64,000 nt of DNA from Cetorhinus maximus (taxonomy: Eukaryota), in assembly GCF_964194155.1 (NCBI RefSeq), contig NC_135899.1, positions 81,654,001 through 81,718,000 on the forward strand, written 5' to 3'. A model generated the notes under the pieces. The model ran no database searches, had not been told where the DNA came from, and saw only the letters and a program-made list of their open reading frames with translations. This document shows positions 27,412 through 36,887 of the stretch, in pieces (position 1 is the stretch's first letter; each line of letters starts with the position of its first letter). Made by a program: the position numbers and the translations under genes.

Positions 27412-29383
27412 GTAAAAGGAAAATACTGCGGATGCTGGAAATCTGAAACAAAAACAGGAAATGCTGGAAAAGCTCAGCAGGTCCAGCGACATCTGTGGAG
27501 AGAGAAACGGAGTTCACATTTGGAGTCCGGCGGTTAACTCTGTTTCTCTGAGTCCGGCGGTTAACTCTGTTTCTCTGCGTCCGACGGTTAACTCTGTATC
27601 TCTGAGTCCGGCGGTTAACTCTGTATCTCTGAGTCCGGCGGTTAACCCTGTTTCTCTGAGTCCGGCGGTTAACTCTGTATCTCTGAGTCCGGCGGTTAAC
27701 CCTGTTTCTCTGAGTCCGGTGGTTAACCCTGTTTCTCTGAGTCCGACGGGTAACTCTGTTTCTCTGAGTCCGGCGGTTAACTCTGTTTCTCTGAGTCCGA
27801 CGGTTAACTCTGTTTCTCTGAGTCCGACAGTTAACTCTGTTTCTCTGAGTCCGACGGTTAACTCTGTTTCCCTGAGTCCGACGGTTAATTCTGTTTCTCT
27901 GAGTCCGACGGTTAACTCTGTTTCTCTGCGTCCGACGGTTAACTCTGTTTCTCTGAGTCCGGCGGTTAACTCTGTTTCTCTGAGTCTGGCGGTTAACTCT
28001 GTTTCTCTGAGTCCGGCGGTTAACCCTGTTTCTCTGAGTCCGGCGGTTAACTCTGTATCTCTGAGTCCGGCGGTTAACCCTGTTTCTCTGAGTCCGGTGG
28101 TTAACCCTGTTTCTCTGAGTCCGGTGGTTAACCCTGTTTCTCTGAGTCCGACGGGTAACTCTGTTTCTCTGAGTCCGGCGGTTAACTCTGTTTCTCTGAG
28201 TCCGGTGGTTAACCCTGTTTCTCTGAGTCCGGTGGTTAACCCTGTTTCTCTGAGTCCGGTGGTTAACCCTGTTTCTCTGAGTCCGACGGGTAACTCTGTT
28301 TCTCTGAGTCCGGCGGTTAACTCTGTTTCTCTGAGTCCGACGGTTAACTCTGTTTCTCTGAGTCCGGTGGTTAACCCTGTTTCTCTGAGTCCGGTGGTTA
28401 ACCCTGTTTCTCTGAGTCCGGTGGTTAACCCTGTTTCTTTGAGTCCGACGGGTAACTCTGTTTCTCTGAGTCCGGCGGTTAACTCTGTTTCTCTGAGTCC
28501 GACGGTTAACTCTGTTTCCCTGAGTCCGACGGTTAATTCTGTTTCTCTGAGTCCGACGGTTAACTCTGTTTCTCTGAGTCCGGCGGTTAACTCTGTTTCT
28601 CTGAGTCTGGCGGTTAACTCTGTTTCTCTGAGTCCGGTGGTTAACTCTGTTTCTCTGAGTCCGGCGGTTAACCCTGTTTCTCTGAGTCCGGCGGTTAACT
28701 CTGTTTCTCTGAGTCCGGTGGTTAACTCTGTTTCTCTGAGTCCGACAGTTAACTCTGTTTCTCTGAGTCCGACGGTTAATTCTGTTTCTCTGAGTCCGAC
28801 GGTTAACTCTGTTTCTCTGCGTCCGACGGTTAACTCTGTTTCTCTGAGTCCGGCGGTTAACTCTGTTTCTCTGAGTCTGGCGGTTAACTCTGTTTCTCTG
28901 AGTCCGGCGGTTAACTCTGTTTCTCTGAGTCCGGCGGTTAACCCTGTTTCTCTGAGTCCGGCGGTTAACTCTGTTTCTCTGAGTCCGGTGGTTAACTCTG
29001 TTTCTCTGAGTCCGACAGTTAACTCTGTTTCTCTGAGTCCGACGGTTAATTCTGTTTCTCTGAGTCCGACGGTTAACTCTGTTTCTCTGCGTCCGACGGT
29101 TAACTCTGTTTCTCTGAGTCCGGCGGTTAACTCTGTTTCTCTGAGTCCGGCGGTTAACTCTGTTTCTCTGAGTCCGGCGGTTAACTCTGTTTCTCTGAGT
29201 CCGGCGGTTAACTCTGTTTCTCTGAGTCCGGCGGTTAAATCTGTTTCTCTGAGTCCGGCGGTTAACTCTGTTTCTCTGAGTCCGGCGGTTAACTCTGTTT
29301 CTCTGAGTCCGGCGGTTAACTCTGTTTCTCTCTCCACAGACGCTGCTGGGCCTGCTGAGCTTTTCCAGCATTTTCTGTTTTTG
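27412..29383. mobile_element. Fold-back insertion of two inverted Penelope 3' ends enclosing a minisatellite
   Basis: Left arm 27412-27529 matches 53438-53560; right arm ~29315-29383 is its reverse complement; flanks TGTCTTTTCCATTCAG (27396-27411) and TGTCTACTCCATTCAG (29384-29399) match 14/16. Confidence 0.8.
27523..29331. repeat. 27-bp minisatellite, 67 units, consensus GAGTCCGRCGGTTAACTCTGTTTCTCT
   Basis: Directly visible; 1809 bp = 67 x 27, so phase is kept end to end. Confidence 0.97.
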
Positions 29384-29579
29384 TGTCTACTCCATTCAGC
29401 CATCTCTATCCCCTATCCGTGTAGCTCTTTATTCCCTTTTCACTCCTTCTGGTTCAGTCTTCTGTATCAGGTATTACATAAATTGGATGTTGCTCCAGAT
29501 CTGAGGTTACCAAGTTGAAACAACATGTAGCTTATGTATTGAGGCAGCAAACCTGCAAGATGGCATGTGATCACAGTGG

Positions 29580-29985
29580 TATTATGGGCATCGTGGTTAT
29601 GTTACTGGGTCAGTGAGCTATATTAATGATCCGATGACATGAGTTCCAATCCCACCACAGTAGTTTGTGAATTGAATTAAGTTAATTAAATGAATCTGGA
29701 ATGTGAAACTAGTATCAGTAATGATGACCATGAAGCTATTGGGTTGTTGTAAAACCCATCTGGTTCACTAATGCCCTTAAAAGAAGGAAACCTTGTATCG
29801 TTAGCTGGCCAACATGTGACTCCAGACCCACAGAAATGTGACGGATACTTCACTGCTCCCTGACACGGTCCAGCAAGCTGCTAATTCAGCTCCCACCACC
29901 TATTTCAGTAGCAATTAGGGATGGCATTAAAGTGCTGGCCTTGGAACTGATGTCCACCACCTGTGACTGAATGGTCTAAAAAATG
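29580..29985 (+). mobile_element. HE1-like V-SINE, diverged
   Basis: gtggttatgttactgg..gagttccaatcccacc head; aaacccatctggttcactaatg centre; gcaattagggatggc tail. Confidence 0.8.
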
Positions 29986-30944
29986 TAAGACACTGCGTAA
30001 GAAGCAGGAGCAGTTGCTTGGTCGACCTGCATTACATTAACGCATGCCAGGCTGAGCCGAATGTTTCTGGCCTGGAAAAACGAAAGGATAAAACTTTGCA
30101 CAGCATGGCATATCAAAATGGTCAGTATCGCAGCATGCGATCCAGATTACAACTCAAGCAAATCATCTACGTTTCAATTTTCTTTTCGATCTTTTTAACT
30201 TTTTTTTTGTATGATAATTGTGCTCTCCCTGTGATCTCAATTTAATAAGAACAGGTCAGGGGAGCTGCAATGAGCCCGAAGATGAAATGGCTGATCCCTG
30301 ATCCGGATCACAACATTGCTAACCTCATTACTGTAATTAATAGAGCTACATGCTTAATTCCTAGGCTGGGAGTCGATCTGCAGGCTGCCTGTCATTCAAA
30401 TGAATCTTCTCTCAGCTGCTTCGGGTTTAGCAATTTCTCAGCAGGGTTCCTAGTTAGAATTCCACATGGAAGCAGCATTCTATACCGAAAGGAAGCAATA
30501 AATAGATACCGTCTAGACCATTTTATAACTCCTGTTGGCCAATAGAAAGCGAGGGCCAGTGCTAATTATTGGAGACGTTTGCAGTCCTGACTAAACCCTG
30601 GAGGAAAATGTTCTGCGTCAGTGCAAAATGTATCAACGTTACAAAGATTTAACCTTCCTGTACATCTAATTTAATACCACTCAGCTTCAATGACAGTGAA
30701 GAAGCAGGTACTACCCTCCTTCTACTCCTGAATATGGTGATATGGCATCAGGACTCCAGATTCCACCCTCACTCTCAGCATCAATAGATGAATACGTTTC
30801 AACACTGGATACACACAGGAGCAGTAAGAATCTCTTCCCAGCCCAGCATTTGCTCAGCTTAGCTGCATTCTCACACCCCCCATCCTAGATCAGAAACTCT
30901 GCACAGAGCAGAGGCTGAGCCGAGACAGCTCATCATTGTGAATC

Positions 30945-31285
30945 TTTTTTTTCAGGGATGTGGGCAACACTGGCAAGGCCAAGATTTATTATTCACCCCT
31001 AATTGCCCTTGAGACGGTGGTGGTGAGCCGCCTTCTTGAACATTAAGGGTTAGCTACATTGTTGTGGGTAAGGACGGCAGATTTCCTTCCTGAAAAGAGA
31101 TTAGTGACCCAGATGGGTTTTTCGCAGCAACCCAGCAGTTTTCATGCTCACCATTACCTGCTTGTCGCTTTTTATTCCAGGTTTATTTAATTAACTGAAT
31201 TTAAATTCCCCTGTGGCGGGATTTGAACTCAGGCCTCTGGATCATTAGCCCAAACTTCTTACTAGCCCAGGAACATAACTCCCAT
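30945..31285 (-). mobile_element. HE1-like V-SINE, diverged
   Basis: gggatgtgggc..actggc.aggcca..atttatt...cctaattgcccttg; atttccttcc...ttagtga.ccagatgggtttt. Confidence 0.75.
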
Positions 31286-31738
31286 ATATTATAGAATCAT
31301 ACAACGGAAGGAGCTCTGTAAAGGAAAAAAAAATGTAAAATAAATAAAATACACAGTGCATCATTTGTTTTCATTTGCACAGCAATTATCCCGTGGCCCT
31401 CTCTGAGAGAGGTTGCTAATTTAGAGTTGATTACTGCCTCACCAGGACTAATTTTATTCTATGGGCTCGAACCCACTCAGGACTGGATTGAGATTGTCCA
31501 AACTTTCTTTATGTGTGATTCAATAGCTCGCAGGAAAGGCAGGCTTTCCCTCCAGCAGTCTAGATTGGAGTATAACTCCGCAAGGTGCATGTTGCTACAT
31601 GCAGCTTATTATACCGACAGACCCTTTACAAATAATCGGAGCTCTACTGCATCCTTGCCATTGAGTTATATTATTCAGGTGCACATGGAATCCTGGAAAC
31701 GCTTCTGCACAAATTTGTAGAGTGCGTTGCAACTTCAT

Positions 31739-32422
31739 GGGCAGAATTTTGCCCTTTGTCGGGCAGGCTCGGCGGGGGGCAGGCAGGGGGGCGGTTGGGA
31801 AGCTGACTGCTGCCCGCCATTGGAGCCAGACCGCGTCTTCACGCTGGCGGGCCGATGATTAAGGCCGGCCCAATGAGAAACGTGAGCGGCAGCGCTGCCT
31901 GTTGGGGGGGGGTTGATGGGGGAGGAGGGTGAACGCAAACTTCATGCAAGCAGGCGGGGTGCGCGCTTGAAAATCTCCCTGAGGCAGATGAACAGTTTTC
32001 AAAATAAAAAATAAAGATGTTAAAAATGTTATAAAACATGTCCCCTCATGCAACTCGGTCACATGAGCAGGGACATGTTATTAATTAAATTTTAAACCTT
32101 TTATTTTTATTTTTATTTGCTGTTGGAAACCTCATCCCACCCGTGGATGAGGTTTCCAAAAAAACTGCAAAGGCCGCTTGGCCTTTTCGCCTGCTGTCAG
32201 GTTGGACGGGCAGTGAAAAATTTCTTTTAATTACCTCGTCAACGGCCTTAATAGGCCTTTTAATTGTCGGCGGGCGCGCTGCCAACTCAGGCGCGCGCCC
32301 GCTGACCGAAATGTCGCACGACTGCGCGTTGACGTCGGGACGCTCGCCCGACATCATCGTGCGGCACTTAGCGCTCGGCCGGATCGGGCACGCGCCCGCC
32401 CGACAAGCTTAAAGCTCAGCCC
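31739..32422 (+). mobile_element. Harbinger-derived MITE
   Basis: TIRs GGGCAGAATTTT / AAAGCTCAGCCC; flanks CAT/TAT; reverse complement of the 16.8, 20.6 and 59.1 kb MITEs; CpG-rich, so probably young. Confidence 0.85.
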
Positions 32423-32451
32423 TATGTTTTGCAAAATGTAGGTGTAGACTT

Positions 32452-32587
32452 CATTTTGTGATGTCATTGCCTTCACACTTAGTTTTGTGACGTCATTGTT
32501 TTGTGATGTCATTTTGTGATGTCACTTTGTCATTGTTTTGTGATGTCATTTTGTTTTTGTGATGTCATTGCCTTCACACTTAGTTTT
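32452..32587. repeat. Irregular short tandem repeat of TTTTGTGA(T/C)GTCA bounded by a ~30-bp direct repeat
   Basis: Six TGA(T/C)GTCA copies; tgtgatgtcattgccttcacacttagtttt occurs at 32457 and 32558. Confidence 0.8.
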
Positions 32588-33384
32588 CTTGCCCAACAAT
32601 AAAAAAAAACATGTGGGAATACTTTCGTCTTTTCCTGGGGAAAGAAAAACCTCAATGACCCAATTTATATGTTACCTGTAGTGAAGCGCCTCTCACATAT
32701 GTTTCTCAGATTGGTAATTAGCTACTGACCAACAGTGGTGAAGTGTTCAACATTTGGTTGTGATGGTTCTGAGAAAATCCCTGAACCACAGGCTCCACTT
32801 GTAACAAGAAGATGTTGCACCTTTGGGCAGTCAGCGTCCCTCAAAAAAATTACACAGAATCACACATAATACTGGAGGTCTACTTACAGATGAAGTTCAA
32901 AACTTCCCTGCGATGGATCTGTTCAAGGAGTTAACTCAGGTTTCAGAGGGAAGCTACACATCTAACATAATTAAGCAAAGACTGTTAGCATAAGGATTTT
33001 ATCTAAAAGAACATTTTATTGGAAATAAACCATTAGTTGAGATAATTACATAACCGATGAAGGAACTGGATCAAGAATGCCTCAGTTGTTCAACAAAAAC
33101 GTTTTTACAATTAAATTTAATTTATGGCATTTATTTGTAATTATCCATCTGTCCTGATAGGCGGAGGAAACTGAAGACTATTTTTTATTTTTTGCATGCA
33201 TAATTCACCCCCGAGAATGAGGGAATGGGAAAGATGGATGGAAGGAGAGAGAGAGAAGTAGGGACACAAAAAGAAAGTACACGAGTAAATCAATAATCAA
33301 ATTACGACTGTGCACAGGATGAAACAGATAACAAGGTAACCAAGATGCACATCAATACTCAGACACATTAAACCCTTGATTCTG

Positions 33385-35419
33385 CCTGTGGCATTAAGAC
33401 GCCACAGCTGGGCACTGTACAGTCATTGCAGCCTCATCAGGTGCCACGGTCACTGGCAGAGGGGCGGAGGAGCTGCTGCCACCATCCAGATCGCCCTGAG
33501 AGGAGCCCCCAGAGACAACAAGCAGCTTGTGTACCAACATGAGGTTGGTCTGGACCTCCCTGCTCGCGACTGATGGATGGGCATCTAGCAGAGATACTGG
33601 GTGCCACATTCATCTCTCACACTAGCAGAGACCTCCTGAGGTCATTACCTGTGTGAGGGCTTACAGGTTCGAGCGCAACCCCAGGAACCCCGATTCTATT
33701 CCTGGAGTTACCTGTCACTCTCTCAATGGAAGAGACTGTGCATTTGGTGCTGAGGGTCAATGCAGTGCACATGCTCCGAATGGACTCCTCCATAACAGAG
33801 GCCATGGCATGCATACCCTCATGGATCTCCGCCAGATCCTCCTGCACATCCCGCTGGACATTCAGCATCTAATGGACAATTCAGAGACTCATTGCCTGCC
33901 TCAGACTCAGCATGGTCCTGGTCTCCAGCAGTCCTCCGACTGCCAGCACCCTAGGCACTCTTTGCCTCCGTCTGCTCCTCATGCGAGTGTGTCATGCTCT
34001 CCCCACTGTGCACTGACATTGTAACTGATGACCTAATGCCCACCAAAGTGCTGGTCTCTGCGCTGGTGCCTGGTGCAGAGAGGGGGTGTGATGCAGGTGC
34101 ATCTGACGGGCACTAGTCCACCGGCATCAAGGGTGGCTCATCGGGGTCTTGAAATTGTTTGCTGGATGACAATTCTAGGGGAGAAAAACGACATGTCATT
34201 AGTATTAGTCATCACACTGTCACTGTGCATGCTAGGCGGGCTGGTGAGACAATGGAGGCCTGCATCATGCAGCCATCGTCTTTCAATGAACAATGGGGAC
34301 TCCAGGTTTGAAGTTTCCATAACAGATGACACAATGCAACAACATTGACGCACTCTGACACTCACATCTGTGCACTGCACTCTTACCTTCCTCAGAGACC
34401 CCTGTCTCTCCATGACCACTGGAACGAGCTGGGCGCGGGCACTCCATCGCTAAGGCATCCGTCTCGTTCCTCGTCAATATGAGCAGGTTTGGGGGGCCTC
34501 CCCCTGTCCGGGATCTCTCAATGTTGTTATGGCTTCTCTGCTCCTGAAAGGGCAGAGGAGCATTGAGTAGTCCACTCTCTACCTGCAGCGCCATTGCAGC
34601 CTGGCCAACCCCAGCAGAGGAGCACCTTGCAGGGCACATCCGAGTTGTGGCCGTTGACCCGCAAAACATTCAGGCCATGCAGCCAGAGCTCACCACCTTG
34701 GCCGCCGCCGATATCATTGACAGTTGGCACTCAGACTCTTACACCCCTGAGCACTATGGGGGAGGGGGTGTGGCCAGCTGTTAACACTTCTCCAACAGAT
34801 CCATGCCAACTTGGTACTCAGCCTTGCCGAGCGCAGCAGATCGTTGAACCTTTTGCGCCGCTGCATCCATGTGCGCTGCACAACATCATGGTCGCTGACC
34901 TGAGCTGCCACCTCTGCCCATGGTCATTTCTTGGTCAGGTGCAGTGGCCTCCTCTTGCCATCCATGAGGATGAGGAAGTCCTGCCTGGCACTGACCTCCT
35001 CCACGAGGATTCCCAGGCACTCATCCGAGTACCAGGGGGCGGGGGGCAGGGCCGAGTGCCCACAGACTTTCTCTCTTGCCTGGTAGTGCCCAGCAGGTGC
35101 AGATGACATTGCAGCTGAAAAAAAGGAGTTGTGTCAATCAACTCCAAAGCTACAAAGTGTCAGCCTGGCAGCCTCCAGGAAGCTTCCTCTGCTGCTCTTA
35201 AACCCCACACTGGGTCGCCATTGGACCCGGCCCCCGACAGGCTCCCAGCCCCCGCCCGGCCCTTCCAACCATTGAGAAGACGCATTTCACGCTGGGCAGT
35301 CTTAATTGGCCACCCAGCGTGAAATCGTGTTGGAAACGCAATCTCGCCCGGGAGCGGATTATACATCCGTTTCTGGGCCCACCAGCTTCGCGCGCACGCC
35401 AAGCACGAAATTCAGGCCC
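33385..35419 (-). mobile_element. Truncated Harbinger copy: one TIR plus Myb/SANT partner gene, no transposase
   Basis: Terminus GGGCCTGAATTTC (minus strand, 35419); subterminal GC-rich region like the MITEs; coding homology to 46932-48249. Confidence 0.8.
33394..35109 (-). pseudogene. Harbinger Myb/SANT-like DNA-binding protein, 3 exons (35109-~34822, 34543-34387, 34174-~33394), disrupted
   Basis: APWYSDECLGILVEEVSARQDFL...RRPLHLTKK*PWAEVAAQVS....VQRTWMQRRKRFNDLLRSAR is Myb/SANT-like; 157-nt exon 2 (ERSRTGGGPP) has tttcag/gtaaga sites; in-frame stop, damaged first donor and frameshifts in exon 3. Confidence 0.8.
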
Positions 35420-35424
35420 AAGTT

Positions 35425-36887
35425 TCAAGAAGGTCACCTCTCAATCTTCTAAACTCCAGGCCCAGCCTGTCCAACCTTTCCTGAATGAGGATAAGCCCCT
35501 CATTCCAGGAATCACTCAAGTGAACCTTCCCCTTGCAATAAACACCAACATTCCATTTACCTTCCTAATCACTTGCTGTACCTGTGTACCAGCTTTTTGT
35601 GATTCATGCTCCAGCACCCCTGTACCTCACAGTTCTGCAATCTCTCCCCATTTAAATAATATGCTGCTTTTTAGTCTTTCTGCCAAAGTGGGCAAGTTCA
35701 CATTTTCCCACAATATATTCCATCTGCTAAATTTCTGCCCACTCACTTAAACTACCTGTAGCACTTTGCAGACTCCTTATGTCATCTTCACAACTTACTT
35801 TTCTGTCTATCTTTGTGTTATCAGAAAATTTAGTAACCATACATTTGATCCCCTCATCAAGTCATTAATATAGATTGTAAGTAGTTGAGGATCCAGCACT
35901 GATCCTTGTAGCACTCTACTTGTTCCATCTTGCCAGCCTGAAAATGACCCATTTATGCCTACTCTCTGTTTCCTGTTAGCTAACCAATCATCTATCCTTG
36001 CTAATATGTTACCGCCTACACATTGAGCTCTTATCTTGTGCAGCAATCTTTGATGTGGCACCTTTCAAATGCCTTCTATAAATCTAAGTACAGCGCATTC
36101 ACAGGTTCCCCTTTATCCACATTGCTTGTTACTTCCTCAAAGAACTCTAGTAAATTAGTCAAACATGATCCCCCTTTCACAAAACCATGTTGACTCTACC
36201 TGATTCAATTGCGATTTTCTAAGTGCCCCACTATAACCTCCTCAACAATAGATTCCAGCATTTTCACTATGGCAAATGTTAAGCTAACTGGTCGGTAGTT
36301 TCCTGCTTTCTGTCTCCCTCCTATCTAGAATAGAGGAGTTACATTTCCTATTTTCCAACCTGATGGGGTCATTCCAGAATCTAGAGAATGTTGGAAAATT
36401 GAAGCCAATGCATCTACTACCTCAGCTGCTCCTGCTTTCAAGACCCTAGGATGAGGGCGATCAGCACCTGGGGATTTATCAGCTTTTAGTTCTAATTGAA
36501 TTCTAATAATTTTCTGGTGATTGTAATTATTTTAAGTTCCTCTCTCCCTTTCACCTCTTGGTATACGCTTATTTCCGGGATGTTATTTGTATCTTCTACA
36601 GTGAAGATAGATGCAAAATATGCGTTCACTTCATCCGCCATTTCTTTATTTTCCATTATTAATTCCCCAGACTCACTCTGTAGAGGACCAATGTTCACCT
36701 TACTTACACTTTTCCTTTTTAAATAGCTGCATTTAAGAATAGCTGTTTTTATATTTCTAGTTAGCTTTCTCTCCTATTCTAATTTCTAACTTTTTTTTAG
36801 CCATTCTTTGCTGCTTTTTATATTCTGCCCAATTTTCTAACCTGCCACTAATCTTGGTGGAATTATATGCTTTTTCTTTCAATTTGA
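35425..36887 (-). mobile_element. CR1 LINE ORF2 fragment (RT), internally deleted
   Basis: PHQRLLHKIRA..VGGNILARIDDWLANRKQRVGINGSFSGWQ...QGSVL.PQL.TIYINDL; NIGPLQSESGELIMENKEMA. Confidence 0.9.

Noticed and set aside
27523-29331. CRISPR-like array
   Set aside because: Contiguous tandem units with no unique spacers, eukaryotic context and no cas genes
27365-29518. Three 629-685-aa ORFs on both strands
   Set aside because: Artefact of a 27-bp (9-codon) stop-free repeat unit; the ends translate PLE non-coding arms
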